From an uncultured Planctomycetota bacterium (GTDB lineage Bacteria; Planctomycetota; Planctomycetia; Isosphaerales; Isosphaeraceae), in contig CAWGMQ010000007.1 in the NCBI GenBank assembly GCA_963823665.1, forward strand, positions 544,001-608,000: a stretch of DNA of 64,000 nt. Direction: 5' to 3'. The position numbers and the translations under genes were made by a program. Below, piece by piece: positions 31,444 to 42,591 of this stretch. Positions within the stretch are counted from its first letter, which is position 1. Every line of letters begins with the position of its first letter. Under the pieces are notes generated by a model. That model saw only the letters and a list, made by a program, of their open reading frames with translations, was not told where the DNA came from and searched no databases.

Positions 31444-32868
31444 ATGTCCACTTCTACGAACGGCGAATCGCAAGGCGCAGACGTCATCTCACGGCCCGCC
31501 GCCCCCGACATCGGACGTACCAGTGCGCCACCGGTGGCGCTGGCCGATGACATCCCGCCCAATATTCGAGCGGCGCTCTACAAGCAAGAACATCGCCTCG
31601 TCCCGGTGATATTCAACCTCTTTAATACGCGCCATCTGCCTAAAGGCGACCCGCGGAGAGCCGGGGCCGTCTATGCCTGCATATATTACTTTTTTTCTCC
31701 GTCGGCGGCGGCAAAGGGCGGGATCGGCCTGGCCGGCATCCTGGGCATTTACCTGGCCTGGCAGGCTAACAATCTTTTGTCAGCCCAGAATCGCATCGTC
31801 GCAGACCAGACGCGCCTTTTGGAGTCGCAGAACGCCAAACTGGACGAGCAGAATCAGCTGATGACGTCTCAGAACAAAAACATCGAGATGCAAACCGGGC
31901 TGATGGAGAGTGCCCGTTGCTCGAATCTGCTTGCGGTTCAGTTACCGCCACTTCTCAATGATGATTCGATCTCCAAAAACCCGGAAAACACCGCCGCCCG
32001 CCTCGCCTCGCTCACATTGCAACTCACTCCCTACCACTTCATCAGGGGGAAAGATGGCAAGCGGCAGTTTCTAAGCCCGGAACGCGGGCAGATACTGGTC
32101 GCCGCCTTGAGAGCGAAAGTCCCGCTGAAACTCATCGCGAAATCTGGAGGCACCTTCGAGTGGGCCGACTTGAGCGGGCAAGTCCTCGACTTGCTCGAAT
32201 GCGAGGGTCTGTCTTTTAACAATGCGGATTTCACCGAATCGAGCGTCACACACGCGACGTTCAAGAAGTGCCAGTTTTTGAATGCCGTCGTCGATCACAC
32301 AGACTTCAAAGAGTCGAGATTTTACTGGTGCGCATTCTTTATTGAGAAGCAAAACCTTGATGCGACGAAAGCTACGTTCCGCGAATGTGATTTTCTAAGT
32401 ATGAACACGTCTGCTCAAAAAAGCATGCCATTCGCAGCTTATGATCGTGACAGACCAAGGTCCTCCTATGTTAGTGATATCCCCTTTGAGTCGTGCACTT
32501 TCTGGCTCTCCAAAGAGTTTCATATCAGCGAATTCGATGCTTTCATTTTCCGTTTGTGCAAATTCAACGAAATTAAGGCTGTTAGTCCGAATGAGCTTGA
32601 TCTTTCAGAATTCGGGCGTTGGCGACGCACGGTTTCCTCGCTCCCGATTCCTACGCCTGATCCACGCCAACCCAGATACGACCTATTGAAAAAAACTCCA
32701 CTGAGTGATTTGGGGAAGCCAGACATCCACCGTTCGCTTCGGGAAGCCAGACATCCTCCGTTCGCTTCGAGTAAAACGTGTGTGCTTTCGACTTTTTTCC
32801 CAACATGCTTGACAACCGCCGCCGTGTTGGTATTTTGTCCATTACTGTTCGCGTGGATATGCAACTGA
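31444..32868 (+). CDS. Membrane-anchored pentapeptide-repeat protein, lower GC; C-terminus reads into a mobile-element end
   Basis: TM helix, Q/N coiled coil, LSPERGQIL, ADLSG/ADFTE/ATFKK repeats. Confidence 0.7.
   Translation: MSTSTNGESQGADVISRPAAPDIGRTSAPPVALADDIPPNIRAALYKQEHRLVPVIFNLFNTRHLPKGDPRRAGAVYACIYYFFSPSAAAKGGIGLAGILGIYLAWQANNLLSAQNRIVADQTRLLESQNAKLDEQNQLMTSQNKNIEMQTGLMESARCSNLLAVQLPPLLNDDSISKNPENTAARLASLTLQLTPYHFIRGKDGKRQFLSPERGQILVAALRAKVPLKLIAKSGGTFEWADLSGQVLDLLECEGLSFNNADFTESSVTHATFKKCQFLNAVVDHTDFKESRFYWCAFFIEKQNLDATKATFRECDFLSMNTSAQKSMPFAAYDRDRPRSSYVSDIPFESCTFWLSKEFHISEFDAFIFRLCKFNEIKAVSPNELDLSEFGRWRRTVSSLPIPTPDPRQPRYDLLKKTPLSDLGKPDIHRSLREARHPPFASSKTCVLSTFFPTCLTTAAVLVFCPLLFAWICN
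32809..32836 (+). promoter_or_regulatory. Putative transposase promoter
   Basis: TTGACA, 16 nt, TATTTT with extended TG; GGAG before the GTG at 32903. Confidence 0.5.
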
Positions 32869-33281
32869 CCCACTCCACAGTCCCTGGTGATGGAGCATTA
32901 ACGTGCCCGCCTGCGCTCGCCGCGACGTCGTCGATCGTATCCTGGACCGGTTCGGTGTGGATCGATCGAACTGGGTACAAACGGTGCGCGAGTTTGGTCG
33001 CATGTTCAAGCGGGCGGCAGGTCGAGCGAATTCGCTGACGGACGCCGCGCCGCTCGCGGCGCTGGTTTCAGGGGAAGGCGGCCGCGCAAGCTGCGTTTCT
33101 GTACGTGAGCCGCTCGCTTACTCGTGCGTCCTGGTCATTGTGGCCGACGCACGGCTCGATTGACTTTAGTCCAGCTAGCGTCGTTGCCGTGGCTGGCGCG
33201 GTAATCGACGAGGTAGTGCTGTCCATATTGGGCGGTTACCAGCAACCGACGGTGCAAGGGCCGGCGACGATGCGCACTGGA

Positions 33282-33491
33282 TTGTTCTAAACACCGACGA
33301 CGGTGTGGAGACCGTGCATCTGCGCGAGCGCCGGTGGCGATGTGAGCAGGATCGTTCAGCGTGCTCGGGCGCGTATGGCGCGCGGCATCGGCCGTGACGG
33401 TACAGCAGGCGCGGAACTCGGACCGCTGCGCGGGTGACGGGCGCCTCGCATCCGAATAGACTGAGTCCAGAGGGTGGCTGTCTGGCTTCCC
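33282..33491. repeat. About 210-bp direct repeat, copy 2
   Basis: Matches 27023-27230. Confidence 0.9.
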
Positions 33492-33878
33492 AGCGAGCTG
33501 GCCCTCGACCTGGGCGTTCTCGGCAGCACTCTGAGCCGCGAGCATCGTAATACGGACGCACTCGAGGCCATGCAGGAGGCTCGCCAGGTCCTGGACGCCA
33601 TTGTCCAGCCCACCTTCGCGGATCTGTACAACCTCGCGCGTGTCTGCGCCAGTCTCACGACCCTGGTTGAGACAGGACGAGGGAGGCCGACCTTCGCCGA
33701 GCGTGAGGCCTTGGCGCGTGAAGGGGTGGAAGCGCTCAGGCGATCCCTGGCGGCCGGCATGTCCTATTTCGGCCCAATGGATCGCGACCAATGGCTCGAT
33801 CCGTTGCGTAATCGACCTGATTTCCGCGCCTTGATGCTTGACAGAGGCTTCCCCCGCGACCCGTTCGCTCACCCGTGA
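33492..33878 (+). pseudogene. 3' remnant of a TPR Ser/Thr kinase gene
   Basis: LYNLA..., LDPLRNRPDFRALMLDRGFPRDPFA matches the C-terminus of the 27250 kinase; begins at the element end. Confidence 0.7.
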
Positions 33879-33934
33879 CCATTAAAGCAGCGTTGGGATT
33901 CCGCGAACTCGGGTAGAAAAGAGGCAGCACGCGA

Positions 33935-36900
33935 ATGACGCGAGACGACGAACGCCCGCCAGTGAATGACCTCTTCGCTCCGAGAGCCGATCCAACCGCC
34001 GAGCGCGTGGAGGCGCTGTTTCAGCAGGCGGCCGAGCTGGATCCAGCGCAACGTGGGGCATTCCTGGAGCAGCAGTGCGCAGGCGACGGCGAGCTACGCG
34101 CCGCTGTGGAGGATCTTCTCCGATTCGACGCGGAGGTCGAAAGCGACCCTGACTTCTTGCCCAGCCCGGTGGCCCCCGCCCGCGCCACATTTCCGATTGC
34201 AGCGGAGCCCGGGCTGCCGGCTTTCATCGGCCGCTACCGCATCTTGAGGCGACACGGCGAAGGTGGCATGGGGACCGTTTACGAGGCCGAACAGGACCAC
34301 CCGCGCCGCACCGTTGCTCTCAAGGTGATTCGCGCGGGAGGCGCAACAGCCGAGCTGCTCAGCCGCTTCCGACACGAAGCAGAAATCCTGGCGCGGCTGC
34401 AGCATCCCGGTATCGCGCAGGTGTACGAAGCGGGCATCGGTGTGGACGGCCGGCCCTTCTTCGCCATGGAGTTCATTCGCGGTATGACGATGGACGAGCA
34501 CGCGCGAAATCGCGGACTGGACCCTCGAGCGCGCCTGGAGCTGCTGGCGAAGGTGTGCGACGCGATGCAGCACGCTCATGACAAGGGTGTCATTCATCGC
34601 GACTTGAAGCCGGGCAACATCCTTGTGGATGACTCCGGCCAGCCAAAGGTGCTCGACTTCGGCGTGGCCCATATCACCGCGGCCGAACTGTTCTCCACCG
34701 CGGGGCGAACCCAGGCCGGTCAACTGCTGGGCACGCTTACTTACATGAGTCCCGAACAGATCGCCGCCGACCCGGCCGGGCTCGACAGACGTTCGGACGT
34801 GTATACTCTCGGCGTCATTCTCTTTGAACTTTTGGCGCAACGGCTGCCATACCAGCTCGATCAGCTTCCGGGGCACGAGGTCGCGCGGGTAATCCAGGAG
34901 CAGGAACCGTCTCGACTGGGCTCGATCAACGCGCTTTACCGCGGCGACGTCGAGATCATCGTGGCGAAAGCGCTCGAGAAAGCCAAGACGAGGCGCTACG
35001 CTTCCGCGGGGGACCTGGCGTCGGACATCAGGCGCGACTGCGCGGGGAGGCGATTCAGGCGCGGCCTGCCTCGGCGCTGTATCAAATACGCAAATTCACG
35101 CGGCGACACAAAGCGCTGGTGGCCGCGGCGGCGGGCATTTTCGCGGCGCTCGTCGTGGGAACGGCCGTTTCCATTCTTTTTGCGTTGCGCGCCGCAGCGA
35201 ACGCTCGCGTGGCGGACGAAAACGCTCGCGTGGCGAAGGAACGGGAGCGAGCCGCCACGTACGAGAGCTACCGTGCCCGGATCGCGGCTGCGGTTGCCGC
35301 GATTTCGCGTCACGACGTTGCCGATGCCGCCAGCCAGTTGGGCGCGGCACCGGAGGCTTTGCGCGACTGGGAATGGCGACACTTGCACGCGCGGCTCGAT
35401 GACAGCATCGCCATCTTCCCGGCCAGCGCCGGCGAAGCTCAATTCCTGATCGGCGACCAGAAGGGCATCCGGATCGCTCAGTTAGCGCGTGAGAGTCTGC
35501 GCCTGGGCGACCTCGATGGGAAGGAACTCTGGGAGCGATCCTTTCCATCTGAGGCGAATGTACTCGATCATCCCCCGCTGCTGACGCGGCAGGGACTGCG
35601 GCTTTTCGCCGACGGCCGGGAGACTGGTGCTGCCACGGTCGGTCTGCCGAAGGATGTGCCACAGAACACAGGCATGCTGAACGTCCTTGACGACCTGGGG
35701 CGTGTCCAAACGCAACTGAGGGGGCCCGGAGTAACGCACACCGAACTGATGGCGGTGAGTGCGGACGGTTCGCGGCTGGCGGTTGTGTGGCAAGGCCCGA
35801 AGCAGTGGATATTCACGGTGTACGATGCCGAATCTGGCAAACCAGTGGCGACCTCGGCCCAGGACATCGCCAGCACCTGGGCCCTTGCCTTCAGTCCGGA
35901 CGGCACGCGCCTCGCGACTGGCGGCGAGGATGGCGTGACACGTCTCTGGGATACTTCAACCGGTATGATGACCATCCTCTGTGAAGGGCACACTCGCAAG
36001 GTGTTCAGCGTGGCGTTCAGACCGGATGGCCTGCGCCTTGTGACGAGCTCGGCGGATGGAACCGTACGCCAGTGGGATTCCGCGACCGGCCGGGAGGTAC
36101 TTGCGCCCTACGATCGTCACACCGGTGAAGTCCTGACGGCGAAGTTTAGCTCCGATGGGGAGTTGATCGCCTCCGCAGGCACGGACCGGACTGTCCGGGT
36201 ATGGCGCGCGTCGAACCGCCAGGACCAGGGTGTTCTGCAGGGCCACATCGGTGACATCAGCGATCTGGCATTTGTTGGGGACGGCCATCGGCTGGCTTCA
36301 GTGAGCTACGCGCCCCGTCGCGGCAGCGTGGCGCACCATGACGGCACGGTGCGGCTGTGGGAGGTCGGGAGTCAAGGAGCGGCGTCGGTGCTGCGCGGCC
36401 ACAAGCTCTACGTCTATCCGGTCGCGTACAGCCCGGACGGACAATGGATTGCTTCGGGCGATTGGGACAACAAGGTGTTTTTGTGGGACGCACTCACCAT
36501 GGAGCACATCGCGAGCTTGCCTCATTCCGGGAATATCCGCGCGCTGGCCTTTAGCCCGGACAGCTCGTGGTTGGTTGCCGGAACCGCGATGGACGATTCG
36601 CTCTCCATCTGGGACGTAACGACCGCCCGGCGCCGGAACAAGCTCAAGGGCCCCGGCGGCGACGTGGTTCAGGCAATCGCGGTGAGCCCGGATGGAGCCC
36701 ACATCGCCGCTGCTGATTCCGTTGGAGCCGTCAGCATCATGGAAGCCGCGACGGGCGCGGTTGTCGATTCCTTTCGAATGGTCGGGAGCGCTTCAATCGC
36801 GAAGAAGTCGCTAGCCTACAGCCCAAACGGACGACTCCTGGCAGGTACCGGTGAAGACGGCACGCAGATTGACATCCGAGACACGCAGACGCGGCGTCGG

Positions 36901-37470
36901 TCAGGGCGTTTGACGGGTCATACGGACGCGATTAGCTCCGTTTCGTTCAGCGGCGATGGGCTGCTGCTGGCCTCCGCGAGCGCGGATCGCACGGTCCGCA
37001 TCTGGGAGGTGGCGTCGTCGAAATGCGTCGCCGTGCTGACCGGGCACACCGACGCGGTCTTCTCGGCGGTGTTCCATCCGGACGGCAAGCGGCTGGCGTC
37101 TGCCGGCCGCGACCGGTCGATCTGGCTCTGGGACCTGGCGAGCGGACAGGAAGTGGCGCGCCTCGAGGGACACGCGAACTACGTCTTCTCACTGGCGTTC
37201 AGCCCCGACGGCACGAGCCTGGCATCCGGCTCCGGCGACGGTACGGTCCGGATATGGGACACCGAGTCGCCGGCGCTGCGATATCAGGCCCGCCGAGAGG
37301 CGGAGGCTATGCGGCCCGAGGCGGAGCGGTTGGTTGCACGCCTCTTCTCCGAGCTGCATGAGCCGGAGCTGGTTGTTGGCCGTTTGCGGGGGGATACCGG
37401 GCTGAGCGACCTGATGCGGCACATGGCGATGCGGGAGGTCATGCGGCGGGGGCAGGAGGCGGCGCCGTAG
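33935..37470 (+). CDS. Ser/Thr kinase with TM helix and WD40 repeats; frameshift near 35040
   Basis: GEGGMG, VALK, HRDLKPGN, DFG, GTLTYMSPE; WEWRHL; many GH...WD repeats. Confidence 0.9.
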
Positions 37471-37861
37471 CGGCACCGGCTCGGGGAGCCGTTTTCGGAT
37501 CGGCAGCGTTCGCGGGATTTACCGGACGAAGGGGTTGGGGAGGATTGTGGTGGTGGTGTTCGTTTCTGGGCGTCTCTCCATCAAGGCGCTCCAGTTCGAT
37601 TGGGATCATTCGTAGACGAACATCACGAAGCATTCCCTTTCCCAACCGCGCACCAATCCTCTGTTGCTTATATCGACTCGCGAAAGCGGCTAGTTCAGAC
37701 GCGGCGGCTACACGCTCCCACCACTTTTCTCTAAACCTCCCGAACCGTGCCGCTCCCGCCGGCGTAAAAACGGCATTGCTCCCGCCGATCATTCCGCGGC
37801 GAATCACGCCCGATGCCCAATCGACGGCTCGAAATCGCTGCCCACGGAAGGACCTTGGATC

Positions 37862-38950
37862 ATGGATCCGCGTGATCGTAAAGCTCGTTCAACTCGGCAT
37901 CATTGCCATATTGCTCACCTTGAAGATCTCGAAGCACGTCGCCTTCCGAGCGTCTTCACTCCATTTTCGTCATCGGTTTTCGGCTCGTCGTCATCGAGCC
38001 AGTACTCGGCGCAGGTTGCGCTCGTTCGCCATGAATACGACACATACGTCGGCGCTGTGAGAACGCTCGAGTTCAAGTCGCAGGCGACGCCCCAGGAATT
38101 CCAGGCTCTTCGCAACGATGCCCGCGAAATCTCCGCGGCGGCCTCCGCCACCAAGCTACCGCTCGAAGTGGCACGGACCGAGGCCGTCGCCGTTTCGCTC
38201 CAGCTCGACCGGTCGCCGTTGTACGGCTGGGCGGGCGACTCGGCATGGTCGGAGTATAGGGCGCGGCTCGAGGCAAGTCTTGATAGCCTTGGCGTCGACG
38301 AGTCGTTGATCGACAAGACGCTCGCCGACACCAAAGCCATCGCGGTCTCGGCCGGCGTGAGCTTCAGCGAGTTTCAGACGTTCACGAATTCGTTCAGCAC
38401 GCTTCAGGCCGGCGAGAAGTCGCTTCCATACAGCACCTACTACAACTTTGAAGACCCCGAGCTGTTTTACACGCAGCATCTTCGCGGCTTTTTCCGCGGC
38501 TGGGGAATGCAAAAAAAGACGGCCGAGGCGCAGGTCAAGGATCTGCTCTTCACCATCAAGACCGCGAATCAACTCGCGCCGTCTCAGTCTGCCGTGCTGC
38601 ACCGCGATGTCCGGCTGCTGGAGAATCTTGGCGCCACGCTCCCGAGCACCTCGCTCGAGCAGCTTTACTCAAGCTACGTCGCCACATTTCAAGGTGGCGT
38701 GCCAATCCCGGCGACTCAGGCGCAGCTCCGCGAAAGCCTCTTGGCGGCTCTCGGCCCGGCAGCGGGCGCGCACCCGATCGGCTGGGTGAACAAGCTTGTC
38801 GCCGACGCACCTTCGTTCTACCGCGCAGTGGGGTCGTCGACATCAACCGTCCAAAACATCACGGGCGCCGTGACCGTTCTCGTCGACACAGGAGGTGGCG
38901 AGTCGCTGAATCCGTTCAAAGTGACGATCCGGCAGCGCTTGAAGTCGTAA
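37862..38950 (+). CDS. Hypothetical protein with planctomycete extracellular-type LExRxL N-terminal motif
   Basis: HLEDLEARRLPS near the N-terminus; clean ORF. Confidence 0.65.
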   Translation: MDPRDRKARSTRHHCHIAHLEDLEARRLPSVFTPFSSSVFGSSSSSQYSAQVALVRHEYDTYVGAVRTLEFKSQATPQEFQALRNDAREISAAASATKLPLEVARTEAVAVSLQLDRSPLYGWAGDSAWSEYRARLEASLDSLGVDESLIDKTLADTKAIAVSAGVSFSEFQTFTNSFSTLQAGEKSLPYSTYYNFEDPELFYTQHLRGFFRGWGMQKKTAEAQVKDLLFTIKTANQLAPSQSAVLHRDVRLLENLGATLPSTSLEQLYSSYVATFQGGVPIPATQAQLRESLLAALGPAAGAHPIGWVNKLVADAPSFYRAVGSSTSTVQNITGAVTVLVDTGGGESLNPFKVTIRQRLKS

Positions 38951-39185
38951 GGGGGCTTGTCCGGCCGTCGCGGTCTCCGAACGCGTCCCCCCCCAAAGTG
39001 CCGTCATGCCGTCAGCACCTTACTGGGATTGGACTTACGTCTGACGGCAGCTTTTTGGTCCAGGGACGCCAATCGACACATCTCCTTTCGTTCATGACAT
39101 TTACGCCTGACGGCACCTCTGACGGCCCCCGCCATTTTCCCGGGGCCCGCAGCCGTTTCGTCAAACCCGAACGGTCCTGACGGCC

Positions 39186-39894
39186 TTATTGTCGCCCTTC
39201 GCTCCGGATAAAGCCGACCTCTCGTCCCTCCCGCGCCCACAGGCGCGAAACCCACCTACTGGACGAACCGGACGGGTATCGCCGCCTCGATGGGGCGGGT
39301 CGGAGGTCCGGCCACCTTGTGTAGATGAAGTTAATAACGCGCTTGATCTTCGTTCCGCGAAGGTACTGGACGGGCCCATCACTTCCGGAACGGACCCGTC
39401 GGTGATGATCGCCACCAATTTGGTCTGCCGCCAGTCGAGCGACTCAATCGGCTCGTCCTCATCCAGAATACGCCACATCCCGCCCCCGCTGATTCCATGC
39501 GTTTGGTCTAAGTCGAGTTTGTCCCCGGCGCCATCGGGTTGGTCCAGGCGATTGATGTCCAGCACGAGGTGATCCGCCGGGCTGATGTCCGGAGCGGGAT
39601 TGCGCTTCATATCATATAGCCCTGCAAAATAAGGTAGGACCTGTGCGACGATGGTCTGGTCCATCTCGTCCTTCTCTGCCCGAAACTCCGGGTATCCGAG
39701 CACCAGGTACTGGCCATCCTTGAGCTTGTCCGGATCGAGTTCCAGCTCGTGTAGCGTCACGAACCGCATGAAGACCGATAAGCGGTCGGCGATGTCTGGT
39801 CTCAATTCGAAAACCGCCAGGTCCCACAGATCATCCTCGCGATGCGGATCGCTTCGTTTCTTCGATCGGCAGTACTTCACGGTTATCATAGGGA
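39186..39894 (-). pseudogene. 5'-truncated trypsin-like serine protease gene
   Basis: WDLAVFEL, YLVLGYP, GISGGGMW; the His-bearing N-terminus is replaced by an IS end. Confidence 0.5.
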
Positions 39895-41804
39895 TGACGC
39901 TGCCGACAGAATGCCGCCTGTGAATTGTCAGTGATGCACGCTCAAGCGGCCCAACAGCCTCCAAGATCAACCGAACAGCCGTGAGAACCGCGGAAAATCA
40001 TCTGAAAACCGTCCCACAGCCTCAGAACGAGCGCAGAGTCGCCCAGTTGGCCCAGATTCAGCTCCTTTCAGCGTCTGGGCCACTTCGCGGCTCACCCACG
40101 CGCGCAGCTTCTTCGACGCTGCCGCCCGTAGCACGTTCCAGCCCGCCACTTTGTGCAGGATCACACGGAACACACTCCCGCGGCCTCGCACTCGCAGACG
40201 TTCCAACCTCAGCCGATTCTTCAAGCCGCTATTGGTCGACTCGATGCCCGAGCGCATCCTGTACCGCTCCGCGAATACCGGTGTCTCTTGTTCCCGGCGA
40301 CGCCCAGCCATCCGATGATCCTTGTCACTGAAATCCAGCTCGTAGCGACCATCCCGCGTTTGGTGGATCGGGCACGACGTGCGGAACGGGCATCCTTCGC
40401 ACGCTGCCGCCGCCATCTGGATTCGCGTCGTGCCTACTTCTTCGTTCCGCTCGACCACAAGCGGCATGTGCCCTTGCGGACAGGCTTCCACCCGCCCGGT
40501 CCGTTCATCCACCGCGAAGTCGTCCAGCGTCAGCGCCCAGGGTCGCTTGCCGGCTCCCGACCGGGGATCGGTCCGACCAGCTCCACGCCGCGGTCCTCGG
40601 CCGCTTGTACGTTCTCGTCGCCGCAGTAGAGCGTGTCAGCCAGCATCTCCTCGGGCAACAACTTCGAGTCTTCGAGTTGATCGAGCATCGGCACCACCGC
40701 CGTGCCGTCGTGCTCCGCGGCACCCTGCGGCAGAGCGCCTGTGATCAACTGCACCTCGTTCTCAGAGCTGCACGTCTCGGTGATCTGCACCTGATAGCCC
40801 TTACCTTTGTGGGCGTCGTAGCCGGCGCTGAGGTCGGACGGGTTCTGAACGCAGTCACCGCCGGTCTTGGCCTTCACGACAACTTTGCCCTCACTCAGTT
40901 CGCACTGCTGGCTGAAGATCGTGACTAGGGCCTTGTAGCTCGACCGGGCCGTCATGTCGGGACAATTGGCGAAGTGGTCGATGATCCAGCACAAGTCCTC
41001 GGCTGCTTGCTGCCGCGACCGCTGTCGAGCCTCGGCATCCTTGGCGGCGGCGAACAACTGCGATTCTGCCGGTTCGTAGCGCCGCAGAACTCCGCGGGCA
41101 ACGCGGCGTACCGCTCAGGGGCATGCCGGATCACCTGGGTCAGGAACCGCTTGATTGCCACGGCCATCAGCTTGGTGCGACCAAAGCTGGCCATGTGAGA
41201 AAAGACGTGGGTCGAGTCGAGCCGCTGGCGGGAGATGTCGAGTTCGAGCTTTTCCGCCAGTCCAATCGTCACGTCGTGGAAGACCTGAGCGGCCAGTTCG
41301 TTCTCGCGAAAGAGCTTTTGGTAACGCTCGACCGTGCGCGACGACACTTCAACGCCGGGCTCCAAGTTAAGGGCGTATTGGACGTCGCTGCGGAAGATGT
41401 AAGCCTCGGCGGCCTCTTGGGCGGTCCAGTCGAAGAAGTCGGTCATGAAGACCAAGCCGGCCATCGAGTACAGTTCCTTGGTGGGGGCTCCCAGTTCCCG
41501 GCTGAAATGCTGGGCCAGTTGACCTACGGGCATCAGTTTGAGGAGGACGTGTCGAAAGACTCCCTGCCAGCCCGAGCTGATGATCCGTTGACCGGCGGGA
41601 GGTATGACGCCCTCGAAGGGGTCGAACAGGCGGTTTTGCCGCGGGTCAACGATGTGGATCATGGCGGGCGCAACTCCTTTCGCAGGGGATACTTGAATGT
41701 AGAGGTGCGCCTCGCTAGAGTCAAGGGAGAAATGGACATAAACTCAAATTTTACATTAACTTGCGCAGAAAACTAAACTCGACGAACTTTTGTCGGAGAC
41801 GTCA
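39895..41804 (-). mobile_element. IS1182/IS5-like DDE insertion sequence
   Basis: Ends TGACGCTGCCGACAGAA and TTTTGTCGGAGACGTCA form imperfect inverted repeats; no target duplication visible. Confidence 0.8.
39967..41662 (-). CDS. DDE transposase, frameshifted over several frames
   Basis: QRLDSTH, QNPSD..A.Y..HKGKGYQVQI.ET, LADTLY, YRMRSGIE. Confidence 0.85.
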
Positions 41805-41979
41805 GTTGTGGATCTGGCTGGGTTGAAGGCCGAACTCATCGGCCAAGTTGGAAACAGGCTCTTTGCCACTGATATGGCGACGGACGATTTGAGCCTTTTG
41901 CGGCGCTGAGAAATGCCGGCGCGACTGTCTCATGGAACTCACCTCCGATAGGGTTAATTATAACCCAACCGGCGCGACA
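41805..41979 (-). mobile_element. IS3-family left end with truncated orfA (41933-41805)
   Basis: Starts TG at 41979; GGAGG RBS; MRQSRRHFSAPQKAQIVRRHISGKEPVSNLADEFGLQPSQIHN is cut exactly at the DDE IS end. Confidence 0.7.
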
Positions 41980-42379
41980 TTCTATTTTCAGGTGAGGCAG
42001 GACATGCAATCCAGTGCAAAAAGAAAAGGGGGTTCGGTGCGTGATGAAATTCCCGCCAGTTTTGAGCTGTGCCGAGCGTGGGACGGGTCTGGAACATGGG
42101 GAGCGTGAGTTCTCACCCGTCGGGGGAAGGGAACACGGAGCGGGACGGTGGCGTTATACTCTTTGTGCCTCAAGATTTACGTACTGCTTCAGGGTGCTTC
42201 GGCGAGCGATCGGACGGGGGTCCAAGACATCGAGGAAGATGAGACTTTTTCAGGCTCTGGAGTCCCATTTAGTCCCATTTAACGGGTCGAGCCGCGTACG
42301 GCCCCCTCACGGCCCGTGAACTTGGGTCGAGAAAGGTCTGGCTTGGTTTACCTCATTATGTCGACGTTGCCATATGGCG

Positions 42380-42546
42380 ACGCGCGTCAGTGGCCGTTGG
42401 CACGTTGGTGCTCTTAGCCCGACATTTAGCATGGTCCGAGAGGCTTCGACCTTGTCATTGGTGACTTGCCATGCCGGGTTTTTCCGGCGTGGTATTGATC
42501 CCGTTGGGGAGACTATTTCGTTCCCGATACCCCTCTTGGCTCGCGG
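42380..42546 (+). ncRNA. Candidate IS110 bridge RNA
   Basis: Outer pairing CGCG..TGGCC/TGGCTCGCG; stems GACA/TGTC, GGTC/GACC, CCGG/CCGG and GGTAT/ATACC; loop TTGGGGAG is identical to right-end 44247-44254. Confidence 0.55.
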
Positions 42547-42591
42547 CGCCTTGTCGTTTCACCACACCTACCCGCGAAGCGGAGAGATCCC

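Larger units (their letters stand above)
32713..33491 (+). mobile_element. Non-autonomous, internally deleted tyrosine-transposase element with inverted ends
   Basis: Left end GGGAAGCCAGACATCCACC (28-bp unit, two copies, 32713-32768); right-end reverse complement GGGAAGCCAGACAGCCACC. The ORF at 32903 joins an N-terminus-like MPACARRDVVD to C-terminus-like ILDRFGVD..WVQTVREFGRMFKRAAG. Confidence 0.7.

Noticed and set aside
32713..32768. 28-bp repeats as a possible CRISPR array
   Set aside because: Only two adjacent copies, no spacer, no cas genes
27023..33491. Diversity-generating retroelement TR/VR pair
   Set aside because: No reverse transcriptase; mismatches are not adenine-specific; both copies are non-coding
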